Source: Eledone cirrhosa
Taxonomy: Eukaryota
Reading direction: 5' to 3'
Assembly: GCA_964016885.1 (NCBI GenBank)
Contig: OZ024740.1
Location: 114,948,001-115,012,000, forward strand
DNA length: 64,000 nucleotides
A program made the translations under genes and the position numbers. This document shows positions 1 to 13,192 of this stretch, one piece after another. Every line of letters starts with the position of its first letter. Positions within the stretch are counted from its first letter, which is position 1. Under the pieces are notes generated by a model that worked only from the letters and a program-made list of their open reading frames with translations, was not told the DNA's origin and did not search any database.

Positions 1-329
1 TATTTTTACCTTCGATAAAGTATATAACATTTAATGCAGATTTGAAGTTATATGAAAATATTTCATAAGTTTACTAATATAATTTGCCAACGTAATTATC
101 GAAATTTCTGCATATCTCATCATATTTCAAACACTAAATCAATATTGAAATATATCTTTGTCCCTACCTAATCATATATCTACGATCGAATAGCTCATCG
201 ATCGACGTAGATATCTTTTTAATTATGCTAGATAATGTATGACGTATCTATAATTATTTGGAAAATTCAATAATATTTGAACAGAATGTTAACTTATCTA
301 GAAACGAATGAGACAAAAAATAGAGACTA

Positions 330-1027
330 AAAATCTGCAAGAAAATGTTTCTTTTATCGATGCACAACTTGCAAGACTTAGATCCTTTTACTATGCTCTA
401 GAATTTTCTGATGATTTTCCTTTGGATGGATAAATTCATGCCCGCCTCCTTCAGTGACCATAGGTAGCTTGCGAGCCGATCACTTGTCTGGGTGTTTCAA
501 GGTCGTCTCGTGGTTAAAGGAACAGTTCTTTAAACCGGCCCTCTGGCATACCTACATATGTCTTCACCTCCTGCTGTTGATTCTACCATTTGGATGCAGC
601 TTTGCCTCGTAGACAACAGCGGGTACTACACTGTTCTTGTAGAGGGCATCATACCTGCTTTTGAGAAGAGAATCCAGGTGAGGGAGCAATATTGATGTTG
701 GAAGTTATATGGGATATCATATCTTTAACACAGCAATATCCACGTTTCGCACTGTGTCTGTTAAAGATAGACCTGCATTTATACCCTATAGGGAACTGCT
801 TTCCTAGGAGTGCTAAGATTTTCTTACCTATATTAATTATAACTCCAAGCGAGTAAGGCTGCCAGAACCAAATTATATTTTAATTTCTATTTTCCTTTCT
901 TCTGTTAGTATGATTACGATGGGAGTAAAAAGTTTTATTAGAAATTTTATTGGAGAATCCACTGTTCCACTGTTAGCTAACGGGGTGTTATAGTATGGTG
1001 CCGCTCTGTCAAAGATAGCCTTATTAG

Positions 1028-1030
<3 letters not shown>
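330..1030 (-). pseudogene. Degenerate Penelope-like element, C-terminal region and GIY-YIG endonuclease
   Basis: Broken minus-strand frames give [70 protein letters not shown] and LASYLWSLKE. These match the PLE linker and GIY-YIG pattern. Abuts (TA)n at 1030. Confidence 0.75.
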
Positions 1031-1108
<78 letters not shown>

Positions 1109-1142
1109 TATATATATATACATATACATATTATATATCTAT

Positions 1143-1182
<40 letters not shown>

Positions 1183-1799
1183 TTATTAAAATAACAGATT
1201 AAGGTTTAAGTAAAGAATCGCTGCTTTCACCCTTCCATGAACTTTTCAGCTGAAACAGTTTTCTAAACTATTTTCATTTTCTGAAATTGCAATGCTATCT
1301 CTTTTGTTGTTACATCAGTGTCTATCATTAAATATTAAGATAACATCTTGATGCAGACTTTCAAGCAGATATCTATGAATTATCATCCTCCACATTTTCA
1401 AATCCTAAGTGTTACTTAGATTTTACTGCTGAGTTTTTACTGCCAATATTGGGAATGGTGCTTGCTTATTTTCAGTTTTTGGAGACACCGTCATATTCTT
1501 CTCTTTGCGATCTCAGGGCTTCTCAATTAATTGCTCATTTTGAATTGTCATTTATTAATTATTCACCAATCTTCTTTTTACGGTGTTATTTATTAAAACA
1601 ATTTATCAAACACAATTAATTCATTTTTTTTTTTTGTGTACACGGTATAGCTCTTATTGTTGAGTATATTGGTATTTTGTTATGTATACAATATATAGTA
1701 TTTGCTTTTTATGATGTTTCCTTCCTTGGCTAAGCTTCCTATCTTAGGAGTCTGTCAGCTCCCGCTTCCGAATTTCTGTTTAAGAAGATACTGTTAACT

Positions 1800-2405
1800 T
1801 GGATCCAGATCTGCAATTAGTCCTAGGTTGAAATATACTTATGATCATATGGAATTATATTCGAATATCTCTGATCAAATAGATCTATGATAAACTTTGA
1901 TTATGTTCTAATCGATCGATGACCAAATAAACCTATGATCAACTAAACCCATAATTAAACACGTAAAATCAAGCACTCCTGATCATATACACATTTGACC
2001 GTATGCAGCTATGATCAAATAATTAGGATTAAATACACCTATGATCAAATAGACTTATTATCAATTACATCTAAGACCAAACAAAGCAATGGGCAAGTAC
2101 ACCTCTGATCAGCTAGACATATGATCAAGTAACTATGATCAGGCAGGACTATCATCAAATGATATTATGACGAAATAGACATATGATTAAATAGTGCTAT
2201 ATCAATACAAACCTCTGGTCAAATGCACGTATGATCAAATAGTCTCATCTTCAAATAAAACTATGGTCAAATTCGTCTATGATTAAATATGCCTATTTTA
2301 AACAGAACTATGAACAAGAAGAACTATGATCATATAAGCATATGATTGTATCCGTTGTTCAACTCAAGGTTAGATTAGTCCCGATTGAGCAGTCGTATGA
2401 TCAAA
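1800..2405. repeat. Degenerate ~20-bp tandem repeat (acctatgatcaaatag-like)
   Basis: TATGATCAAATA-like word recurs roughly every 20 bp across the interval. Confidence 0.75.
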
Positions 2406-3347
2406 GAAACACTCTCTATGCTGTATTTCTCAGACGTGGAACTGCATTATCGAAAGTGTTCTGTTTTTCTTGCGATTGTAAAGTATGTTTTGAGAAATAG
2501 ATTAGTTCCTATTTCTAGCCAAGTATTTGAAACGTTATAAGCTAACACGTTAGTTCAACTACTTCCCACAATCGTGGACTCATAGATAGTTTGTACTCTG
2601 ATATATTTTACGTTGCTTTTCATAGATAATATTAGGCCAATGAAAATATAATGCAGAAAATAAAGGAGATAATCGAAGTTGATAAGTTCATTCTTTATCA
2701 TTCTACAAATACAGCTGCCGCATATTAAATATTTCTACGTAGAAAGAGTACTTAAGATATCTTTAATATATAATGGTGGGTAAATTAAGCTTCTATAACA
2801 TTCTCACCTTGCCCATGGGAATAAATGACATCAGTTTCATATAAAAGCTAAGACCACGGTGGAGGAGATAAAAACATTAAGTTTATAGATGTGGTTTGCA
2901 GGACATTCGCTCTCTAGCACGCTTCCATCACACAAGTTTCAGCCAATCAAATTAAATAGATTTACAAAGATTGCCTATCCAATAATGGTATACGTTAATT
3001 CCTTAAAAGCTTTGCGCTATTAGTTAATCTTATCAATAGAGATCTATACGCGTTCCAGGCTAAAAACACGAAATTTCAATAGAGATAACGGAATGTATCG
3101 TTAATCACAGATTCCTTCCGTTTCTTTGCTTTAGACACAAATGCTGCTGCTACTGCTGCCGCCGCTGCAGATTCCAAATATTGATAACCTACGAACAGAT
3201 ATATATATTTGACAGAGCGGCGGGATCTTTGTAATTATGTACTTCAGCGCTCTCTGTACAGATAGAGAGAAAAATAAACTACTCATATATACAAACATAC
3301 ATACCACTCACATTAATGGGTCCTGACATACACACATCTTACATGTA

Positions 3348-3381
<34 letters not shown>

Positions 3382-3401
3382 TGGGTGTGTGTTGGGGGCG
3401 G

Positions 3402-3458
<57 letters not shown>

Positions 3459-3950
3459 TTGGCTGGTGTATGTATGTGTGTGTATAAATATATACGCATA
3501 TGTGTGTGTGTTTGTGTATATATATATATATATATATATAAAATTTATATATATATATTTGCCTGTCTATCTGTGTGAATTTAAACATATGTGTGTGCCA
3601 GGAAATATTGTTTATGAAATTTGTGATATTTTGTTTCTGCGTAGCTGCGTGTATGTATGTATGTTTGTATGTACGTATGTATGTATGTGTGTATGTGTAT
3701 ATGTATGTATCTATGTATGTATGTATGTATTTATGTATCTTTACGTTTTAGTATTTATGAAAATGTCGTGCATCCAGTATGCGAAATTATTGGTCAGTTT
3801 CTATTGTCGATTGAGGCATTTGCCTTCAATCCGCCATTCTTATACATATTCGATTTCCAGCCAGAAATCGATGCAATAAAGTGAAATAGGATTACCAGCT
3901 TGATCTTCTCTTTAGACTGCATGACAAAGCGTATGCATTCTTATAAATTA

Positions 3951-4110
3951 GTGGGTGGTGTGGTTACAGAGCCATTGAAGTCCCAGGCAGTATCCGTTAT
4001 AATATGGTGTTGATAGGTACTTATATGTTATAAGTTATGAGTTCAAATCCCACTTGCCTGACATATATTTTCACCTTTCTGGAGTAGAAGGAATAAATTC
4101 CAGTCGAGTA
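3951..4110 (+). mobile_element. Degenerate tRNA-derived SINE (family B)
   Basis: B-box-like gagttcaaatccc followed by a decayed tttcacctttctggagtaga core similar to the 22-23 kb copies. Confidence 0.5.
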
Positions 4111-4285
4111 ATATATTAAAACAGTTGGAATCTGTCTTTAATCCAGAAACTCCTAAGTGCGGTTCTTATCCTGCTTACATTGGCCTCCTGTGGCTTAGAG
4201 TAGGTGTGTACATATGTATGTCTGTATGTATGCATTTATGTATGTTTATGTAATTTTGTACACACACACACACACACACACACAC

Positions 4286-4328
<43 letters not shown>

Positions 4329-4379
4329 TAAATGTAGTCCTTCATCAGTGATCTTCCAGCCTTCATTGGTATTTCATCG

Positions 4380-4476
<97 letters not shown>

Positions 4477-6034
4477 TACATATCAGTTGTTTGAGCACTT
4501 ACTTCAATCCACATGATACTCAATTCTGTCATGAAAGCTTATGTGGCTTTTTAGATCAGACTTACTTTTACGAAGACGTTCCCATAAATTGCACATTAGT
4601 TTTGATGAAACATGAACTGCCCGTGTTGTCCGATCCTGGTGAACTGTGAAATGTCTCTTTAGACTAACATGAGATTTGCAGTTTCATGGCATATGTGGTG
4701 ATATGAGTGAACTTGTGGTGGGATATCCTAAGCTCTTATACGAAAGTTATGTCCAGGCTCTGACAGGCAGCTTTTGCCACAAACTGTACAAGTTCGAATC
4801 GATCCATTAATTTGATATTCCCTTACTGGCTGATTCTTTTTTTTTATTTACCTTGCAATAGCCTGTTTTACGGAAAACATTTAAAACCATCCAATACTTT
4901 TGAATGTCATATACTGCGATCTGCTGCAAGACTTTCCAAGTTTTTTTTTAATTCCTACGTAAAATATGGTCAAATACGCTGCATGTTTCAAGTGCCGAGT
5001 AGTCTCTAATTGAAAGATATCCTATTTGTTTTTATCACCATCATATATTAACGTAGCTGTGATATGATCACGGATTAAATTACTCACAGTGAGACTTAGG
5101 CATGTTATATATAAACATGTTGTATATACTTCTATATATGGCTCTATAATTTAAAATATTCAATGTGTATTTTCTTTAGAAAGCGAAATGGGAGAATATA
5201 TACTATTATAGCATGTCGATCGACTTAGTTGAGACCCTCACAAACTTAATGAGGAGCCGTGGCCATAATGCAGAGTTGTACAAATCTGAAGGACGGATCA
5301 ATACTTTGAATATTGGACACATATCATATTATAGAACAAGAGGGATTTCAGTTCTGAAAATTTATTGCACACGAATTAGAAAATGTGCAATAAAACTGAA
5401 GTAGGAGTGAGAGAAAACAATATCAGGAAAACCAAAGAAAAAAGAAAAATTCACAACACAGAAATATCAACAATATTTCATAGACCAATACTATTATTAT
5501 TAGTATTGTTATTATAAAAATGTTATTTATCGAAATGTAGAAAGCGGTAAAAAAACTGTAATATTTCAAAAATAATAATTGACTGGTTGATTTTATTACG
5601 TATGCATCTGTAAAAGAACTGATATTAGAAATATATGAAATAATGAGAAAGAAAAAAACAATAAACATCTAACAAAATAAAACGCACACACACACATACA
5701 GCCACACAGAGCCACACACACACATACGGCCACTCACAGCCACACATACCAACAAGTATATAACATGGAATTCAAAACAATAAATATGAACTAGTGGTTG
5801 TTGCTATTGTAAAGCTAAACGACAGCAACATGAATTTGGCTAACAATAAAAATGATTAATTTTTACTAGCAATACATAACCTCTTGATAGAATTAACGTT
5901 TATATTTGAATTTCAATGGAACGAAGCATAATAATATTATGTGATTGACTATATAATATTAAACAAAAGAAATCGTTATGTATTTTAATAACAGCTATTG
6001 AACATGCACAAATATGAATGAAACACAAACTGCA

Positions 6035-6036
<2 letters not shown>

Positions 6037-6128
<92 letters not shown>

Positions 6129-6144
6129 TTATATATATAATATA

Positions 6145-6183
<39 letters not shown>

Positions 6184-6194
6184 TATATAATATA

Positions 6195-6242
<48 letters not shown>

Positions 6243-6263
6243 TATATAATATAATATAATATA

Positions 6264-6300
<37 letters not shown>

Positions 6301-6432
6301 TATAATATAATATAATATAATATATATATAAATATATGTATATTTATATTATATATATATATAATATATATAATATAATATATATATATTTATTTATTTA
6401 TATATATATATATATGAATATATATATACATA

Positions 6433-6471
<39 letters not shown>

Positions 6472-6476
6472 TTATA
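6037..6476. repeat. (TA)n microsatellite with higher-order tataata/tgta units
   Basis: Seen directly. Representative of dozens of (TA)n tracts in the window. Confidence 0.9.
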
Positions 6477-6502
6477 TGTGTGTTTGTGTGTGTTTGTATA
6501 TG

Positions 6503-6541
<39 letters not shown>

Positions 6542-7634
6542 ATATATGTATACTAACTCACACATATTTATATATACATGTGTATGTGTGTTTGTGAGTG
6601 TGTGTGTATATTTGATATTTACTTGTGGACATTTGTCGACACAAACAACACACAGAAACACTCACTAACATATAATTATATATTTATATATTTCTGGGTA
6701 TGTGTCTGTGAATTTGTGCAAGTGAGCGCGTGTTTGTGTGTCCTTCCTTAGGTGTATTTATACATATCATATATACGTAATATTTAGACACATACAAATA
6801 TGGATTTTCAAACCAATTATACATTATTAAATGAATAAACAAAACAGACATTTTTTTACATTAGAATTTTGCTTTTAATAATAATGATGTATGGGAATAT
6901 ATAAAAGAGGGGTTTTTTGTGTTTGTGTGTGTATGTGGCTGAAATAAATTATATTTATCGAATATCTGTAAATATTCGAGTAACAAAAATCACATTAATG
7001 TTTAGCTTATCAAATATATAGTAGGCTATAAATTCATCCATACATGATATATATTCATGCATATATAGATGTTATATATATATACGTGTGTGTGTGTGTG
7101 TGTGTGTGAATAGATGTTATATATATATGTGTTTGTGTGTGTGTGTGTGTGTGTATCAATGTATGCATGTGTGTAATGCGTGCATATATCTTGTGTGTGT
7201 ATGCATGAGTAATATGAGTATCTGAATGTATGTGCAATGCACATTGTGCATATGTATGTCTGTTTGTCTGTATAACTGTTTGTATGTACAATATGTGTGT
7301 ATATGCGCCTGTATGTATGTGTATGAATGTGTGTGTGTGTGACTTTATGTTTGTTGTATGCATTTTTTCAGATATTGTGTTTCGCATTCGTCCGTACAGG
7401 AATGGAGTATCTGAAATAAAAGAATAATCACAAGTCGAACAATTCTATGTTGCCCATGTTGTCAGCTTGACAGCTTATTACTGTATATGTTAAGTGATTT
7501 AATCATAAGTAATATATGCAGACTATATTACTGAGACACACGCTTAAAGATTATATACATTCGAGCAGAAGTAAACATTGTCACAGAAATATATAGGCAG
7601 AGAATTTCAAGTTGCCGAAAATATTTTTCTAAAT

Positions 7635-7697
<63 letters not shown>

Positions 7698-7827
7698 GTG
7701 ACCGTTTTTTACAAAATGAAAAATAACCGAGGTGACCTACACGAGTGAAAGTATAAAGAAAAAAAGATAAAATCGAAAATGCAGCTGGAGTCTTATTTTA
7801 GAAAAGAATATATATATTTATTTGGTT

Positions 7828-7864
7828 CCTTTACCGGTTTCGCAGTTCTTCTGCTTTTCAAAAG
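7828..7864 (-). ncRNA. Minimal type I hammerhead, U3-A8 variant
   Basis: Reverse complement reads CUU-UUGAAAA-GCAG(AAGAA)CUGC-GAAA-CCGG-UA-AAG. Confidence 0.7.
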
Positions 7865-7966
7865 TAGAATTGAGATGGAGGGTCTGTGGTTTTTCTCACA
7901 TCTTTTCACACACACACATATATATATATATATATGAAAAACCACAGACCCTCCATCTTAACTCTA

Positions 7967-8003
7967 CTTTTGAAAAGCAGAAGAACTGCGAAACCGGTAA
8001 AGG
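7967..8003 (+). ncRNA. Minimal type I hammerhead, U3-A8 variant
   Basis: CUU-UUGAAAA-GCAG(AAGAA)CUGC-GAAA-CCGG-UA-AAG, with palindromic stem III. Confidence 0.7.
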
Positions 8004-8128
8004 AACCAAATAAATATATATATATATATTTTTAAATAAGACTCCAGTTGCATTTTCGACTTCACCTTTTTTTCTTTATACTTTCACTCGTGTAGGTCAC
8101 CTCGGTTATTTTGTAAAAAAACCCTCAC

Positions 8129-8186
<58 letters not shown>

Positions 8187-8215
8187 GTGGGTACACAACA
8201 GTTAGTTCACCATAC

Positions 8216-8253
8216 CGAGAACAATTGTTTCACTTTAGCGGATCCTCAGCTCG
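8216..8253 (-). ncRNA. Minimal type I hammerhead with weak stem II
   Basis: CGAG-CUGAGGA-UCCGCUAAAGU-GAAA-CAAUUG-UU-CUCG: 4-bp stem I and palindromic stem III. Confidence 0.55.
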
Positions 8254-8660
8254 TAATGGACATGGTTATACGGAATAACCATGTCAATTACGAGGTGTAT
8301 ATACTTTCAGACGTTCACTCATCTGACAGAAAGGTATACGATGCTGACGATAGCTAGTAAGCTTGAAACTAGTACATCGTTCCTGTATCAGTGTTTAACA
8401 AAAGGGCGACGATGGTTGCCGAGCACTGTACGGCGTAATTCGGGCTGTTTGTTTACAAACAAACCGAACATTATAATAAATGTTCGGTAAACCCATACGT
8501 ACATATATATATATATGTGCATGTATGTATATATATATATACATACTACTGTGCGTCTGTACACATGTATATATGTACGTATACATACCTTATATTTAGG
8601 TATCAGGCGTACTAAGAGTGAGAAATGAAATTTCGTTTCATTCTTTTCTATTTGTATATG

Positions 8661-8713
<53 letters not shown>

Positions 8714-8718
<5 letters not shown>

Positions 8719-9999
8719 AATCAGATAACAAGGACGATTGGTTACTCCTTCATTACGTTTATTGGTTGGTACCGCGTGATTCGCCACTGATCAGCTCAAG
8801 GTTCGATCGGTATCGATCTGACCCGACTCTGTAAACCGCGGCTCGTCAGACCACTTGTAATGTTAATAGAAAAAATGAATACATGCTGTATGATAAAGTC
8901 AGAAGTTCCTGGTGGTCATTAAAGTTTGTTTTGATTGGTGTATTAATTCATGGGGATGTTTTTGCCTATAGTGTATGTGGGGGGGGGGGGGGTATAAGTA
9001 AGTGGTGACGGTCACAGGATGAAGATGGCGGTGGCGTGAGGGCGGTGGTTGTCGGTAGACAGTTTGGCATGTAGATGTGGTTGATTTTTATGTCTGGTGA
9101 ACACATCGCCATACGTCCACCATCCCTCATTCACAACCTTGTTTTCCCCGTGTTCCCTATGTCACTTTTTAACCTATAATCCATCGTAAAATTCGATCCT
9201 GTAAATTACATGTCACACCCGCCACCACCACCAGGCTCATACTTCCACAACCATCAACATCACCAACACATATCATCCCTCCCTAAACAACGCATATGTG
9301 TGTGTCTGTGTGTAAGTATATTTCTACAACGCCATCTCCACTGACTCTCTCTCTCTCTATATATATATACACACATGTGTATGTATACAACGTATTTGTC
9401 AGACTAAGTGTGTCTATGTATGTATCTCCTTATGGAAATGACACCACAAACGCAATCATCACACCACCATAAACACCGCAACGTTTAATCTTTATCACAA
9501 ACAACAACACCACGCCCACACTACACACAAAAATCAGCCACATTTACATGCCAAACTGTCTACCGACAACCAGCACATCTACACCACCGCCCATTTCAAC
9601 CTGCAACCGTCACCACTAACGTATCACCACCCCACCCCACATACACTACAGGCAAAAACATCGCTATGAATTAATCCACCAATCAAAACATACTTTAATG
9701 ACCATCATAGGAACTTCTGACCCGATCCTACAGCATGTATTCATTTTTTCCATTAACATTACAAGGGGTCTGACGAGCCGTGGGTTACAGAGTCGGGTCA
9801 GATCGATACAGATCGAACCTTGAGTTGATCAGTAACGAAACGCGCGTCACCAACCAATAAACGTAATGAAAGAGTAACCAATCGTCCTTGTTATCTTATT
9901 TCACTATAATACACTGTCTAGATCTACACCTCGACATTGAAGTGAACCTAAACATCGAGAGGTCACCGGGGTGATCCTACAGTAACTCCGAATCACTCC

Positions 10000-10003
<4 letters not shown>
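8714..10003. mobile_element. Fold-back element with ~380-bp diverged inverted arms, each with an HHR-like motif; right arm probably extends ~95 bp further
   Basis: 8714-~9093 is the reverse complement of ~9525-9904. Flanked by (TA)n on both sides. Confidence 0.8.
9767..9851 (+). ncRNA. Type I hammerhead-like motif with long stem II insertion (mirror copy 8768-8852, minus)
   Basis: GGU-CUGACGA-[60 nt]-GAAA-CGCGCG-UC-ACC. The minus copy keeps a GCCGC/GUGGC stem II base but reads GAAU. Confidence 0.55.
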
Positions 10004-10049
<46 letters not shown>

Positions 10050-10726
10050 TGTTATACTTTGGGAGGCTCAAGTTGCCAATAAGAAACACACGCACCAGTT
10101 GCTTTCACTTCAATTTATTATTATAATAAATTTATAATAAATTTATAAATTTATAAATTTCTGGTTGGTTGGTTGGTTCCACAACCAGATAGTTGTTTAT
10201 ATATTGTCATAGTTCTTTCGTCACACACTCTGTGACCTCTTCAGTGACTGGGGATTCCTTTCTTTGTTTCTATGCCTCTCCTTTGTTCTGTCCTACGCCA
10301 TTTTGTTTCTGTGTGTGTGTTGTGTGCTCAGTCTGCACATGCGCCACATCCGGGTGTCTGTGTGTGTTTATGTTCATTTATTTATTTGTTTATTTACATG
10401 TTACTGGTTGGTTGTTTGTTCTATGTGTGTGTGTGTTTTCATTTTGTCCTTAATTGTAAGTTGTGATGTTGCTGTTCCACTCATATTTTCTATTTAATGT
10501 TCGTTGTAATTCTTTTATGTTTATTGCCTCTGTAATTTGTCTAAACATTGCGTCTTTTCTGTGTGTAGATTCTATTTTTATTTCTATGTTCTCTAATTTA
10601 CCCTTGTGTTCTATTTTAGCATGTTGGTAGAGTACAGATGATTCTTTACTATCTTGAAGGTCTCGCCAATGTTCATTTATCCGTTCCCCTACACTACGAG
10701 CTGTCTCACCTATGTACACTATATTT

Positions 10727-12631
10727 ATAACAACAATGAGCCAGTGAAAAGAGACAGGAGTAATTATGAAAGACATAGAAACAACCATGAGGCTGTTGGT
10801 AGAAACAGAAATAGAAACAACACAACTAACAATAACAATAGCACTAGTACACATAAAGCAGCAGCCTGGAACTCTAGTTTGTATAATCCCTCCGATGAAT
10901 CGTTCGACCTGCGACGAGTCCACGCCACGACTTTACCATTTAACAAACGCACGCAATTGCCGTCGCAGGTCGATGAACAAACAGAAGCACAATTTAGTAA
11001 AGCTAGATCCGAACTTAGAAATATTATAGAACAGTATAGCAAGAAGCATAATAGAATGGAGGCCCAGCAACTGGGAGAAAAATCCGCAAATGGCTTGCGT
11101 TAGCTCATGCAGCGCTCGCGTAATGGAGAGATAGCATGCTTTCAAACAGACAAGTCTGGCAGAATGTCGGTTGACAGCCTGCCAAACTACATCCAGGCAA
11201 TGCAACCCCACATCACTAACACAAGAGAGGTAACACCACAGGAGCATGAGGATAGAGAAAAAAGCTCTCAATGCCCATATGGTGATGTGGACGAATATAA
11301 TGCAGTCCAACAAAAGGACTGCCAACAACTTCCAGGCCTGGAACAATGACGTGCCGGCGTTGTATGGGCTTCGAAAAGACCATAAAACGGGCTGTGACCC
11401 TGTCGCGGGACCACCAACACGGCCAGTCTGTGGAGCTAACATTGCTAGTAACTACAGACTGTCCTACTTCCTCTCCCTGATCATACGCCCCATCATCGAA
11501 ATGTTCCCAGATGTATGTGACAGCACGGAGGACCTCCTCAGCAGAATCGGCGTGTGCAACCGATCTAGGGACCTAACAAACTGCATAATAGGTAGTATGG
11601 ATGTTGTGTCCCTGTATCCATCTATTGACGTGGATTTTGCTGTGGAGAAATGCGTAGAAATGATCAGTGAGAGCAATGTTGAGTTCCGTGGGATTGATAC
11701 CAGTGAGCTGGGACTCCTACTTAAAATTACCTATAGTAATAATTACCTAGACACATATGACCTTAGCAACCTGTGCCCTACAAGACCAGCAAGAGGCAGG
11801 CCACCTACCATTACCTCAATGGCCAAGAAAACCCACACAGATAGATGGAACGGGTGGACCAGAGCCATACGGACACCCGAAAACCACGATGAACTGAAGA
11901 AAATGATTGCACATGCGGTAGGGGCCAGCATAAAACTAACCCTTAAGGAACATATGTTCAAATTTAATGGAAAAACATATGCCCAAGAGGAAGGAGTAGC
12001 CATTGGTGTTAGCATTGCAGGCGACATAGCTAACTTATTCATGGTATGGTGGGACAGTAGACTTAAACTTAAGCTTAAAGAACAATTAGAAGACCCCTTA
12101 ACCCTGATAATGTACTCCCGCTACGTTGATGATATAAACATCGTAGTTAAGACACCCCCACTAGAGAACAGTCAGGAACTAGAGAAAAACACAATGGAAA
12201 GCATCCAGCAAATAGCTAACTCCATCCACCAGAGCATTAGAGTTACTATAGACTACCTAAGTAAACACCCCAACCATCGATTACCTGTACTAGACACAGA
12301 GCTCTGGTTAGATACCATTAATAACAAAAAACAAATCCTCCATTCCCATTATGCCAAACCCATGACTTCCAAACATCTGATCCACCGAAACTCGGCCGTT
12401 TCGGACCATACCAAAATCAACATACTGATTGCGGATTTGGTACGGGTGATGAGAAACGTGTCCCGCACGTGCAATCCCGAAGAACTAGAGAGACACATAC
12501 AACACTTCATCCACCGTATGCAGTTCTCTGGCTACAATCATAGAGATAAAATCAGAGTGTATAGAGGAGCCAGAACCAAATGGGAAAAAATGCTAAATAA
12601 TGACATATTAACTGTAAAACTAGAAATGTAG
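10727..12631 (+). pseudogene. PLE reverse transcriptase (stop at 11101-11103, frameshift near 11260)
   Basis: TDKSGR, LYGLRKDHK, PTRPVCG, SMDVVSLYPSID, QEEGVAIG, RYVDD, LPVLD and HYAKPM motifs. Confidence 0.92.
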
Positions 12632-12948
12632 TGTATAGCATAAGATGTACTGAAGGACAATGTAGAGACAAAAATATAGTGTACATAGGTAAGACAGCTC
12701 GTAGTGTAGGGGAACGGATAAATGAACACTGGCGAGACCTTCAAGATAGTAAAGAATCATCTGTACTCTACCAACATGCTAAAATAGAACACAAGGGTAA
12801 ATTAGAGAACATAGAAATAAAAATAGAATCTACACACAGAAAAGACGCAATGTTTAGACAAATTACAGAGACAATAAACATAAAAGAATTACAACGAACA
12901 TTAAATAGAAAATATGAGTGGAACAGCAACATCACAACTTACAATTAA
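12610..12948 (+). pseudogene. PLE GIY-YIG endonuclease, out of frame with the RT
   Basis: NCKTRNVVYSIRC...VYIGKTARSVGERINEH...RQITETINI...LNRKYEW. The inverted copy (10450-10726, minus) retains YIGET and EAINI. Confidence 0.9.
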
Positions 12949-13149
12949 GGACAAAATGAAAACACACACACACATAGAACAAACAACCAACCAGTAACAT
13001 GTAAATAAACAAATAAATAAATGAACATAAACACACACAGACACCCGGATGTGGCGCATGTGCAGACTGAGCACACAACACACACACATAAACAAAATGG
13101 CGTAGGACAGAACAAAGGAGAGGCACAGAAACAAAGAAAGGAATCCCCA

Positions 13150-13192
13150 GTCACTGAAGAGGTCACAGAGTGTGTGACGAAAGAACTATGAC
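13150..13192 (+). ncRNA. Minimal type I hammerhead in PLE pseudo-LTR (identical mirror copy 10206-10248, minus)
   Basis: GUCA-CUGAAGA-G-GUCACA(GAGUG)UGUGAC-GAAA-GAAC-UA-UGAC. Confidence 0.8.

Larger units (their letters stand above)
7690..8137. mobile_element. Fold-back non-autonomous element with ~205-bp inverted arms, each carrying an HHR, within (TA)n
   Basis: 7690-7896 is the near reverse complement of 7936-8137. Same family as 37190-37893. Confidence 0.85.

Noticed and set aside
1215-1260. Minus-strand CUGAAAA...GAAAGC motif
   Set aside because: C3-A8 mismatch, no UH cleavage site and poor stems.
3745-3916. Possible minus-strand exon (cag|...|gtaaag)
   Set aside because: All three frames contain stops and there is no recognisable protein.
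4325-4382. Minus-strand CUGAUGA between TA tracts
   Set aside because: No downstream stem II or GAAA; truncated by the microsatellite.
4565-4760. Possible minus-strand exon ending at |gtaagt
   Set aside because: The acceptor is ambiguous and the peptide is unrecognisable.
3308-7427. Many ORFs reading YIYIYI, VCVCV or THTH (also at 15-17, 20-21, 36-39 and 60-61 kb)
   Set aside because: These are translations of (TA)n, (CA)n and (TATG)n microsatellites, which lack stop codons.
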